DNA of 64,000 nt from Ginglymostoma cirratum. Its lineage: Eukaryota. The translations under genes and the position numbers were made by a program. The notes beneath the pieces are model-generated. The model made no database searches. It was given only the letters and a program-made list of their open reading frames with translations, and was not told the DNA's origin. The stretch is from positions 62,001-126,000 of the forward strand of contig JAHRHZ010000116.1 of NCBI GenBank assembly GCA_024137785.1. Direction: 5' to 3'. Below are positions 1 to 11,536 of this stretch, one piece after another (the stretch's first letter is position 1; each line of letters opens with the position of its first letter).

Positions 1-3000
1 TAGGGTGGAAGCTTAGAGCTAGAATAAGCAGAGTTGTTATCTCTGGTTTGTAACCCGTGCCACGTGCTAGCGAGGCGAGGAATAGAGAGAGAGAGCAGTT
101 GAACACGTGGCTACAAGGATGGTGCAGGAGGGAGGGGCTCAGATACCTGGACAATTGGGGCTCATTCTGGGGTAGGTGGGACCTCTGCAAACGGGATGGT
201 CTACACCTGAACCAGAGAGGTAGCAATATCCTGGGGGTGGGGGGGGGGTGGGGGGGGAGGTTGCAGGGAATTTGTTAATGTTCTTCGGGAGGGTTTAAAC
301 TAATTCAGCAGGGGGTTGGGAACCTGAATTGTAGCTCCAGTGAACAGGAGGTTGAGAGTAGGGAGGTCACAAATATGGTTTCAAGGTTGCAGGAGTGTAC
401 CAGCAGGCAGGAAGGTGGTTTGAAGTGTGTCTACTTCAACGCCAGGAGCATCCGGAATAAGGTGTGTGAACTTGCAGCATGGGTTGGTACTTGGGACTTT
501 GACGTTGTGGCCATTTCTGAGACATGGATAGAGCAGGGACAAGAATGGTTGTTGCAGGTTCTGGTATTTAGATGTTTCAGTAAGATCAGGGAGGTGGTAA
601 AAGAGGGGGAGATGTGGCATTGTTAGTCAAGGACAGTATTAAGGTGGCAGAAAGTATGTTTGATGAGGACTCGTCTACTGAGGTAGTCTGGGCTGAGGTT
701 AGAAACTGCAAAGGAGAGGTCACCCTGTTGGTGGTTTTCTACAGGCCTCCGAAAAGTTCCAGAGATGTAGAGGAAAAGATTGCAAAGATGATTCTGTATA
801 GGAGCAAAAGTAACAGGGTAGTTGTTATGGGGTACATTAACTTTCCAAATATTGACTGGAAACGCTATAGTTCGAGTACTTTAGATGGGTCAGTTTTTGT
901 TCAATGTGCGCAGGAGGGTTTCCTGACACAGTATGTAGATGGGCCAAAAAAAGGCGAGGCAACATTGGATTTGGTACTGGGTAACGAAACAGGCCAGGTG
1001 TTAGAATTGGAGGTAGGTGAGCACATCGGTGATAGTGACCACAATTCGGTTACGTTTAATTTAGCGATGGAAACGGATTGTTATATACCGCAGGGCAAGA
1101 GTTATAGCGAAGGGAAAGGCAATTATGAGGCGATTAGGCAAGAATTGGGATACATAGGATGGGAAGGAAACTGCAAGGGCTGGGCACAATTAAAATGTGG
1201 AGCTTGTTCAAGGAACAGGTGCTGCGTGTCCTTGATAAATATGTACCTGTCAGGCAGGGAGGAAGTGGTCGAGCGAGGGAACCATGATTTACTAAAAAAG
1301 TTGAATCTCTTGTCAAGAGGAAGAAGGAGGCTTATGTAAAGATGAGGTGTGAAGGCTCGATGAGGGCGCTTGAGAGTTACAAGTTAGCCAGGAAGGACCT
1401 AAAGAGAGAACTAAGAAGAGTCAGGAGGGGACATGAGAAATCTTTGGCAGGTAGGATCAAGGAAAACCCTAAAACTTTCTATAGGCATGTCAGGAATAAA
1501 AGAATGACTAGGGTAAGATTAGGGCCAGTCACGGGCAGTAGTGGGAAGTTGTGTGTGGAGTATGAAGAGATAGGAGAGGCACTAAATGAATATTTTTCGT
1601 TAGTATTCACACATGAAAAAGATAATGTTGTCGAGGAGACTGCTGAGATACAGGATATTAGACTAGACTTGATTGAGGTTCATAAGGACGAAGTGTTAAC
1701 AATTCTTGAAAGTGTGAAAATAGATAAGTCCCCGGGACAGAAGGGATTTATCCTAGGATTCTCTAGGAAGCTAGGGATGCAATTGCAAAGTCTTTGGCTT
1801 TGATCTTTATGTCGTCATTGTCTACAGGAATAGTACCAGAAGACTGGAGGATAGCAAATGTTGTCCCCTTGCTCAAGAAGGGGAGTAGAGACAACCCTGG
1901 TAATTAAAGACCAGTGAGCCTTACTTCGCTTGTGGGAAAAGTGTTGGAAAGGATTATAAGAGAAAGGATTTATAATCATCTAGAAAGGAATAATTTGATT
2001 AGGGATAGTCAACACGGTTTTGTGAAGGGTAGGTCATGCCTCACAAACCTTATTGAGTTCTTTGAGAAGGTGGCCAAACAGGTGGTTGAGGGTAAAGCAG
2101 TTGACGTGGTGTATATGGATTTCAGTAAAGCGTTTGATAAGGTTCCCCACGGTAGGCTATTGCAGAAAATACGGAGGCATGGGATTGAGGGCGATTTAGC
2201 GGTTTGGATCAGAAATTGGCTAGCTGTAAGAAGACAGAGGGTGGTGGTTGATTCGAAATGTTCATCCTGGAGTTCAGTTGCTAGTGGTGTACCGCAAGGA
2301 TCTGTTTTGGGGCCACTGCTGTTTGTCATTTTTATAAATGACCTGGATGAGGGCATAGAGTGATGGATTAGTAAATTTGCGAATGACACTAAAGTCGGCG
2401 GAGTTGCGGATAGTGCAGAAGGATGTTGCAGGTTACAGAGGGACATAGATAAGCCGCAGAGCTGGGCTGAGAGGTGGCAAATGGAGTTTAATGCGGTAAA
2501 GTGTGAGATGATTCACTTTGGAAGGAGTAACAGGAATACAGAGTACAGGGCTAATGGTAAAATTCTTGGTAGTGTGGATGAGCAGAGAGATCTCGATGTC
2601 CATGTGCATAGATCCCTTAAAGTTGCCACCCAGGCTGATAGGGTTGTTAAGAAGGCATACGGTGTTATTTAATGGTGTTAGGTTTTATTGGTAGAGGTAT
2701 TGAGTTTCGGAGCCGTGAGGCCATGTTGCAGCTGTACAAAACACTGGTGTGGCTGCACTTGGAGTATTGCATTCAGTTCTGGTCGCCGCATTATCGGAAG
2801 GATGTGGAAACATTGGAAAGGGTGCAGAGAAGATTTACCAGGATGTTGCCTGGTATGGAGGGAAGGTCTTATGAGGAAAGGCTGAGGGACTTGAGGCTGT
2901 TTTCGTTAGACAGAAGAAGGTTAGTAGGTGGCTTTATAGAGACATACAAGATGATTAGCAGATTAGATAGTGTGGAGAGTGAGAACCTTTTTCCTCGGAT

Positions 3001-3287
3001 GGTGATGGCTAGCACGAGGGGACATAGCTTTAAATTGAGTGGTAATAGATATAGGACAGATGTCAGAGGTAGGTTCTTTCCTCAGAGAGTAGTAAAGGCG
3101 TGGAATGCCCTGCCTGCAACAATAGTAGACTTGACAACTTTAAGGGCATTTAAATGGTCATTGGATAAACATATGGATGATAATGGAATAGAGTAGGTTA
3201 GATTGACTTCAGATTGGTATTACAGGTCGGCGCAACATCGAGGACTGAAGGGCCTGTACTGCGCTGTAATGTTCTATGTTCTATGTA
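1..3287 (+). mobile_element. CR1-clade LINE, cut by the window edge, frameshifted (ORF1 esterase tail + ORF2 APE endonuclease/reverse transcriptase)
   Basis: ORF1 end WCRREGLRYLDNWGSFWGRWD...DGLHLNQRG; endonuclease motifs YFNARSIRNK, ISETW, DSDH; RT motifs [32 protein letters not shown] (degenerate FADD); 3' tail ATGTTCT repeats near 3270-3287; several frameshifts and stops. Confidence 0.95.
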
Positions 3288-3776
3288 GTCAAACCTCTGT
3301 TCAAGGATGGTAGTTTCGTTCCATAACGGGTGTTAGTGGACTAGACTTTTCTCCCCCTGACAATCGGTGATAGATTCATGGCTAATTCCAGACTTTTTTT
3401 AAAATTTCAAGTACCTTCAAATTTGAACCTGGGTCCCAGAAAACATCTCTCCATTAATAGTCCAGCGATAATAACACTAGGCCGTCACCGGCCTCCCTTC
3501 TCCTGCAATGGTTTATCACCATTCCGTCCTCAGTGAACATAGTTACTGCATTTCTCCAGTTCCTTTCTTTTCATCTTTTCTTCTGGCTTGTATGTATACT
3601 GTCACTTCCTCTCTGCCCAAATTTCGAACTTTCTTCATTTCAGACTACATTCCAATTATGCATTTCCTTATTTTCTGTTGTATTTTCACCTAAATCCCTT
3701 AAAACTCGGATTTTAGAGCTGTGAATTAATAACACTGATACTCAAAATTAGCATCGTTAAACTACAACTTGGTGGA

Positions 3777-3815
3777 GGTATTTGTACGGATTCTCCAGCT
3801 CTTTGTCACACTGTG
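3777..3815 (-). other. 23-spacer RSS
   Basis: CACAGTG (3815-3809) + 23 nt + ACAAATACC (3785-3777). Confidence 0.95.
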
Positions 3816-4164
3816 TCCTCGTGGCGCATAGATAGGTAGAAGTGTCAGTAATTCTGGCGTTTCTCACAATCAGGGCGCTGAATTTGTAATCTCCATTGAT
3901 TGAAGCTGTGATTCTCTCATGCTGGTAAACCTCTGTTACGGGCATCACCAGAAGTTGTGGTGACTGATTTGGGAGCTGTCTGTACCAACGCACCATATTA
4001 AATGTAATGGTACAGGTGCAGTTCAGAGATAGAATTCCTGCTTCGCTAACAATCATCTGTGGAGGAAGTTGAATTACTTTATCTTTTCCAATCACCGCCA
4101 TGCGGATCAGAATGAAAAAAAGAGTAAGAGGACTCTGTGAATTTTTAACATGATCAGATTCCAT
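3816..4164 (-). CDS. TRAV/TRDV: TCR alpha/delta-locus V segment, open frame, apparently with leader and V in one exon
   Basis: MESDHVKNSQSPLTLFFILIRMAVIG-KDKVIQLP...LNC...WYRQ...DTSTYLCATR; both canonical Cys and Trp present; followed by a 23-RSS. Confidence 0.85.
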
Positions 4165-5409
4165 AAAATTTGGACTGAAGTAATTTTCCACGAATCTCCA
4201 TTTCGAACAAGGAGATAATCCTATATATTTTTTTCAATTAACAACTAGAGAATTGCCCTCTTCAAGTTCAACTCAGAGCTGCTTTCGTGTTAAAGCTGCG
4301 GAAGAAGTTGAGTCTTGGTGTTTGTCTTTCGATGCTAATCGTTTCACACTGACAGCTGCTCAGTCTGCTTTAATGCCACTCCGTATCCAGCACTTAAATT
4401 CCATAGTTATCACAGGTTAACACTGCACTCTAGGGTTGTGTATGAGTAATTGCTAGGTAAAATTTCTCACCAAGAATTCATGTCGTCCTCAATGACAATA
4501 GATTTGTCATCCTTCCCTATATAAAACAGATCTAGCGATAATTTGCTTTTCAGCTTCAACTACATCAGGTTATGTTCCTCCAGCATTGTAGCTGAGGCCT
4601 TATTCCACACTCAGGCCGCTCTCAGTGTAACTGAAGAAATCTCCTACATTAATCAGAAAATCTTGATTTGTACTTGCAAATCGTGTACTTCTTCAGATTC
4701 AGAAGGAAAAACAACCGAAAGCACTGTAGATGTTGTAAATCTGAAACAAACAAAAGAAGAAAATGATAGAAAATCTCAGCAGACCTGGCAGCTTCTGTGG
4801 AGAGAAACCAAAATTGACATTTCGTGTCCAGTGACCGTTCATTAGTACAGAAAATGTTTCTTCAGATTGATGCAACATGAGTATTTACTTCCCTTATGTG
4901 AAACATGCCATTAAGAAGAGTGATATTGACAGCTTGTTACTTTACATCACATTAACATGGGAATTGGCATCATTGTTGAAATAATACTCTCTTTGCCCAT
5001 CTATTCCTTCTGATTTGCCCTGAGAACATCAAAGGATCTCCTTGCCTTCTGCTGATGTTGACATGAAACTGCTGCATATTGTTTCATTTTAATATGACAG
5101 CTACCTCCAACCATTTCCAATGCTAATTACCACTGATATTTTTGACTTCCTTGTTCCATTTCTCGGTTATTTTAATTTTTGGTCGGTATCTGTTACCAGC
5201 AAATGTGCTTTTAATAAAGGCAACTTCCTGATACCAAACTTTTCATCTATTTGACTTTTCCAAGTTTGAACATTTTTTTTAAAAAAGAAACAAGTCATGT
5301 GTGTTCTAACTTCCAACTGCGCCTAGAGAATGTTGAGACTGTATGGAAAACATTTGTTGAACATGTACTTTTACTTTGTCATGGAGAACCAACTCAGACT
5401 GGCAGAAAT

Positions 5410-5900
5410 ACTTTAGCTCACACTTTCTCATACACACATTGTCTCCCTCTTACACACTCACACATGAACGTAGCCTCTCACACTCACACTGTCAAACTCA
5501 CTCTGAGAAAATCTCACACTCTCTTGCTTTGACATTCATATACATTCTTTCACTCACACTCTCTCGCACTCACATACTGTTTCACCAAATCACAGCCATG
5601 CTGCTAAACTTATTCTCAGACACAATGTCACTCAAACACACTCTGATACACTAGCTCACCATCACCCCATCTCTCTGAATCAGATATGCTCACATAGCCG
5701 AATTCACACTCGTCAAACTCTTACCTATGCACACTCTCACACACTATCAAGCTGACATTTTTTGTCTGTCATACATGCAATCATACACTCTCCAACACAT
5801 GAGCATGCTATTTCTCTCAATCATAGACTCGAAAAGTATTAAATCACTCGCAAACCACTCTCACAAACTGACAGATTCACAGAATTAGATGCACAAATGT
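5410..5900. repeat. CA/CT-rich low-complexity tract
   Basis: degenerate cacact/ctctca repeats. Confidence 0.7.
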
Positions 5901-6964
5901 TCCAAACTGCTGTTCCCACTCTGAGGCAGAACGATCCTCATATTTACACTTCCTTACAAACAGAATGTTTCAAAAGATTTGGGACATATGTGCGCAGTTT
6001 ATCTTTAACAAACATATTCCTAAACTGAAATGAACTGATTCACAGGGAGTTCGAACAGTTTCAATTCCATCTTGAAATGTCAAAATATGCAGGGCTCGTG
6101 TGGAGAATAGGGGAGTTGCATTAACTGAATTACTCAGTTTAGAGTGGGGCGTATTCCCGGAGGCAGCAAGACCTCTTCCTGTGACTGCCAGATAGTGATG
6201 CTCCGACAGATAGCAGAGATTATTGCACAGGTGGCATGTTTTCAGTCTACTGCATTCAGGACTTTGAAACAAAAGACTAGAATCTGCAACAAGGGAAGAA
6301 TTTGCAACGAAAATCAAGTACTTGTAATATGGTGACAACTGTTAAACGGGAATGACAATAATATTAATGTGGCAATATTCAATAAATTAAGAGTAAATGC
6401 TGCATAGAACTTCATATGTGGCTGTGTGTATAATATTTGTACATATCTAACTACATCTGTTTGTGTTCACTGGTGTGTGTCCTAAGTCTCTTTGTGTGTG
6501 CCTATATGTATGAATCCCTGTCTGCAATGACAGATATAAGGCCCTCTATTTCTTTTTTTTTGAACACATGAACCTGTTTCTTTACGTGGGTGCATGCATC
6601 ACTGCCTGAGCTGTTTTGTGGGGATTGCATGAATCAAGAAGTATGAAAGTCACATTCTCTCTCTTCTTCCCTTTTTTTAAAGTGATATTATGTCACACAT
6701 TGGTGGCGGATAAATACTACTGCACAAACACGGGGGATTCACTTGGAGGGAGGGCAGTAGCACACAGCACCACCCAAATTGACAGCAGAATCAACTGACA
6801 AATAAACTCAGCGTGGAGGTCTTCACAGGTGACAAGAGACTTCTTAATGTTCAGATTTTTCTTATTTCTTCTGTCACACATGTTTTTCAAGACAGCTCAT
6901 GATTCAGAGAAATTAGTGGGATTGAATGCACAAAACTGATTTCAGGCCCTGTAGTGTAATGTCT

Positions 6965-7345
6965 CCTATATCCATTTTAAATATTTTCTCTCTCACCTTA
7001 AAAATATGCCCTCTAGTTTTGGAATTCCCCACCTGGGGATAAGACTTTGGGTATTCACCCTATTCCTACCCTCTTGATTCTATAAACCTCTAAGTGGTCA
7101 CCTCTTTTCCCCCTACTCTCCAGGGAACATTGCCCCAGCCTATTCAGCTTCTCCCTATAGCACGAACCCTCCAGCACTGTAATATTGTAAATCTTTCACA
7201 TTTCACAACATCCTTTTTGCGGCAGGCAGACCAGAATTGCAAACAGCATTCCAAAAACGGCCTAAACAATGTCCTGTAAAAGCCGCAATATGACCTTCCA
7301 ACTCCTATACACTGTGCACTGACCAACGAAGGCAAACCTACCAAT
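6965..7345 (-). mobile_element. CR1 LINE 3' fragment
   Basis: minus-strand translation YRTLFRPFLECCLQFWS...KKDV matches the ORF2 C-terminus of the CR1 at 2672-3196. Confidence 0.75.
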
Positions 7346-8041
7346 GTATGAAAAATATGATCTTAGTGTAAAATGTGTACGTGTACACAATATTCTCACC
7401 GTACTAAATCATCTTGTAGCTAGGTCTTCAGTTCCAAGACCGAATGAAACTCTTGGGTTTGAGGGCCAGTTTTCCTGGTCAGATGCTTCCCCGAGTTCCT
7501 GTTAACCTGTTCAGCATTAAATAACTACTGACAATTTCGGATTAAAATGGAGGATGGGGGACGGCAGGAAGGTAGATAAAGGCGTGGTGTGACTAGGGTA
7601 CTGGGTAAGGTTGTTTTTGGGTTGTTCCAGTATCACAAAATTACATTCTTTGCACAACACATATTACCCAACAGAAACACAGACCGAGGGCCGAGCTCGT
7701 TACCACTGGACAAGGAGGGCTGTGGTGATCGCTGACAAAGCACATCCCCAACTTCAGCCCCTCCTCACCTCTGTGCAATGGGCGAATGTAGGAGATGGTT
7801 TCATATCCAGCAGACAGAGCTGGTGGTGACATACAACTGTAAATTTTCTTTCTAAACCTGCCTTCAATTTAGACAAAGCACGACCAGAGACCCTGAATCC
7901 ATTTGGCACATCAGTCACATCATGCACACATCTGCCTGCAAATCAACTCCTTCCCAGCCCAGTTCACGATCCAGTCTCCCAGAACAGTTTCCAGCTTCAT
8001 CATCTCAATCATCCAAACCATCAGCTGTCGGCACAGGAACG

Positions 8042-8567
8042 ATGGGAACTCGCCTTGTTTTCATTCTCTGTGTCTATTTAGCCTGTGAGTACTGATCACA
8101 GAAACCAAAATTGTATGGATTTAACATTGCGCTGCCCGAGTTTATCTGAAAAACAGTGACAGTTTGGCGTATAACCCTGTTTTCTGGTTCCCCTGTTTTG
8201 GCTTATAAACTTCTCTCTGTTTAATCTCCAGGTTCTTCAGCCAGTGAGTGACACAGGCCCTACAAGAGCAAGAGCGAGTGTAAATCTCTCCTCATCACCA
8301 GAGTTTTGTATAATTAGAGTTATAACTTAAAAACTGGATATTTGGTCAAACAAGCGCAGACTGCAGTGGATTGGAAGAGGATCTCTGGCAGTACGGAGAT
8401 TTTTGTGTCCACGAATAAAGTGCAAAATAGATTTTCCCTGAAAGTTCTGGATGTCAGTGCAGAAGAGGTTGCCACCTATTCCTGTAAGGTTCAGTACTAG
8501 TATCAAAGCATAATGTCAGAAAAGACACGGTGAAAGAGGTCCGAGTAAATTACATTGTACAAATAAG
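8042..8567 (+). pseudogene. NAR-TCR V (IgNAR-like V) pseudogene, cassette A, with leader exon
   Basis: Leader 8042-8084 MGTRLVFILCVYLA|gtgagt; acceptor ends 8231; exon reads KSLLIT(R)VLYN*SYNLKTGYLVKQAQTAVDWKRISGSTEIFVSTNKVQNRFSLKVLDVSAEEVATYSCKV. The first Cys position (AGA 8300) to second Cys (TGT 8483) is 61 codons, the VNAR spacing with no CDR2. Stops and frameshift present; degenerate RSS CACGGTG (8526) ... ACAAATAAG (8559), 26-nt spacer. Confidence 0.8.
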
Positions 8568-8855
8568 ATATTAATTCTCCGGCATAACAGCCAATTGTTG
8601 AATTGAAGATCCCTTCTCCAGAATTTGGTTTGATTTCTTTTAACTGTCCAGCAAGCAATTTTTTGATAACTATTTCTGCGTTTCTATGAAGCGAGTATCT
8701 GCTTCCCTACTCCTCCACTATTTGGTAAAAGTGAGATTAGCTTGTATCAAAGGAAACTTCGACAAATAGAATATTGGTTCTTTATCGACACCTCTTGAAT
8801 AATTCGAATGTTTAAGTAGCGAGCTGATGAATTCTCATTTCTTTCAGTATGCTGT

Positions 8856-8944
8856 GTTGCTTGTAGAGGTGGAATTGAGAGGAGCATTACTGCGTGACTA
8901 TAAATATGTAGATGGATCCAGAACGATGGCGACTGGTACAGCTT
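8856..8944 (+). pseudogene. NAR-TCR J segment with 23-RSS, cassette A (degenerate)
   Basis: nonamer GTTGCTTGT 8856-8864, 23-nt spacer, heptamer TACTGCG 8888-8894; coding DYKYVDGSRTMATGTA (degenerate G-x-G-T-x-V-T-V); phase-1 donor GTAAGT at 8945. Confidence 0.75.
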
Positions 8945-9099
8945 GTAAGTTAATCCGTACACCATTGTGTTGTAGACTATCTTGGTTGAATGTTCAGTTT
9001 ATTATTTTGACGTTTACTTGCAAAGAAACTAATGTTTTGGAGTAGATTTGTAGCTTAGGTTGTGAATGTTGAGGTTCGTTGACATGTTGAGCTCGTTTG

Positions 9100-9150
9100 T
9101 TGTTCCGCAGACGTTTCGTTACCATGCTGGGTAACATCATCAGTGCAGCC
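9100..9150 (-). ncRNA. Minimal hammerhead-ribozyme-like motif in a Penelope-type repeat fragment
   Basis: minus strand ctgca CTGATGA t gttacc cagcat ggtaac GAAAC GTC tgcgg: catalytic core, 6-bp stem II, palindromic ACGT stem III, GUC site, 5-bp stem I. Confidence 0.55.
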
Positions 9151-10859
9151 TCCGATAAAGCTTCGTTGTATTTTCCCGTCTGTTTTTTTAAAAGAAACTA
9201 ATACAAACATTGTAGAATTAAATGTCTTTGCTGCAGTGTCTGAATTGTTAGATTACTGGAGTCGAGTCCTGGTTTGCTCAGGTGAATGTATGTATAATAC
9301 CTGGCTCTTATTTTGGAATTGGCGGCTTCATTGCACCTGTGGCAGTATTAGTCGAGCTGATCAATATTGCAGTACCGTTAATACGGTGAACTCTTAATGA
9401 GTCCAGAGTGCTGACAGTCTGCACTCACTGTAGGAATTACTCGTGACTGAGGGAGCTCACTCTGTTGCTTCAGTCACAAGAGAAGGGCAGAGGTTGAAGT
9501 CTAAAAAAGATAACAGATTGGAAAATTTCAACAAAACCATCTACCCGACGAAAAATTTGGAAGCATCACTCAGCGAACATCAGATTTTTTTTCCTTTATT
9601 CATTCACAGACTGAGGGCATTACATTTATTGCCCATCCCTAATTACTCAGAAGGTAATTGAGAGTCAACCCCATTGCTGAGGGCCTGGAGTCACATGTAG
9701 GCTGGACCAGGTTAGGATGGAAGTTTCCTTCCCTAAAGGTCATCAGTGAACCAGATGAGTTTTTCCAACAATTGCCAATAGATTCATGGTCATCATTAGA
9801 TTCTTAATTCCATTTTTTCCCTTGAATTCAGGGAGGAGAACGGAATACACCAACACATTATGCTGGATGAGCAGTTTCAATTAGGTTTTGACTGGGCTTG
9901 GGCTTTGGAGTGTATGCACATGCAAAAATCAGTTGGGCCGAATGACCTATTCCTCGTCTTCAGATTTAATGCAAAGCTAAATGGATCTCCACTCACAGTG
10001 TTCATGAGGCAATAAGTCGACGCATTAATTGAAATTGAGGGCGATATGAATGGGAAACAACACGAGAAACAACGGAAACTGAACCCAATCGAGCACGAAG
10101 AGACTTTGGGTTGTCACGATTGAAAGAAAAGTAAAAGACACAAAGAAAAAGGAGAAAATAAAAAGAAACTAAATTGAAATATTTCACGTTAGAGGTGAGC
10201 AGACAAGAAGGGGATCTGATAGATCTGATCAGGAAAACAAGGTAGTAGATCAGAAATCGGGTATAATATCCTGGACAAAGTTAAACTGCAGAAATTATTG
10301 ACTTGGTCGTTGCTGATCAATCACTTTGTTTATTTTGGATCTTGCTGTGCATAGTAACGAAATACAATTGGGTCACTTTCGACACCTTTTTTTTTGGAAT
10401 TTGTCTCAATGAGTTGCAGACGTTTCCCCGACTTTGCCGTTCATCAGAATAAACAGAAACAGAAATGTGGCATCCATCACAGAATTACGCAGGATAGCAT
10501 TTTGCCCCTCGTTCAACTACTGTCCTCTTCAGCGTACTTGAATCCTCCCCATAGCCCTGCATTTTCTCCCTGTTTCAGCTGCAGTCATTATCCAGTTGAA
10601 AGTTGCTGTCCAGTAAGTTCCCACTGCCCGTTTTGGCTTTGCATTCCACATTGTAAGAAGACTATGTATAAAAGAAAATGTCACCTCATCTCCTCATTAA
10701 TCTATATTTCAATAAAAGAGAATAGATTCAAACTGATTATCAACAAAATTAATTAGCACAAAAATATAGAACAATTCCCGTGATTTACAATTTCTCCCGT
10801 GTAAAAAGTGGCTGAACAGTAACAATGTTCAACTTCGTCGGCACATTTCTTTCCCCTGG

Positions 10860-11190
10860 TACTCTGGACGCTGTTTCGACAAATCTCTGCTGCCGGTGGT
10901 AACTTCACTTTAAACTGAGTATTCAGGGTTAAGCAAATACACAGTTTGCTATTACTGTCAGTCCACAAGACAGGCTCCGAAACATCTGTTTGAACGGTAC
11001 ACTTCAAGAGAGCTGAATAAAAAAAATTGCCGGCGGGGACAAATTTCTGTTTCCATCTGCCCATTGGTGAAAATCGTTAGTTAATAATCTCTCAAATACA
11101 ACTATGTAACTTGGTTGTGTATTACTATTCATTGATTCGATGGCCAGCAGGCATAGTAATACAGAGCACGGAGATTGCTGTACAGAAAAT
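10860..11190 (+). pseudogene. Leaderless 'supporting' TCR-delta-type V pseudogene, cassette A
   Basis: YSGLSKYTVCYYCQSTRQAPKHLFERYTS...ISQIQLCNLVVYYY; paralogous to 34419-34764; RSS CATAGTA (11152) + 23 + ACAGAAAAT, spacer ATACAGAGCACGGA... shared with the cassette B copy. Confidence 0.75.
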
Positions 11191-11536
11191 GGCATGGTGG
11201 CTAATTGTTTAGCATAGCTTGCTCACAGCGCCAGGGACCTGAGCTCGATTCCATCCTCCGAGGAATATTCTTCCCGTGTCTGCGTCAGTTCCCTCTGCGC
11301 GCTCAGGCTTCCTCCAACAGTCCAAGGATGTGCAGATTATGAATATTGGCCATGCTAAATTGCCCATGGTTTCAATGAGTCCGTACATTATGTGGATTAG
11401 CACTGAAGAATGCAGGGTTACAGAGATCGGGTGGGGATGGGGTGTGGGTGTTGGTGAGTACATGGTTTTCAGAGAGTCGGTGTGACTCTCTGGTCCAAAT
11501 GGCCTGCTTCCGCACTGTAGCGATTGTATGATTCTA
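11191..11536 (+). mobile_element. HE1-like tRNA-derived SINE
   Basis: ggcatggtggc...cacagcgccagggacc...cagtccaaggatgtgcag...gctaaattgccc; same family at 22.6, 32.0 and 51.2 kb. Confidence 0.8.

Noticed and set aside
2009-2446. 145-aa minus-strand ORF
   Set aside because: Antisense shadow of the CR1 reverse transcriptase
9234-9285. JH-like DYW followed by a GT donor
   Set aside because: No WGxGT motif and no convincing RSS
9361-9430. D-like arrangement TACGGTG-15 nt-CAGAGTG
   Set aside because: Both nonamers are poor and it lies downstream of the cassette A J, the wrong position for its D
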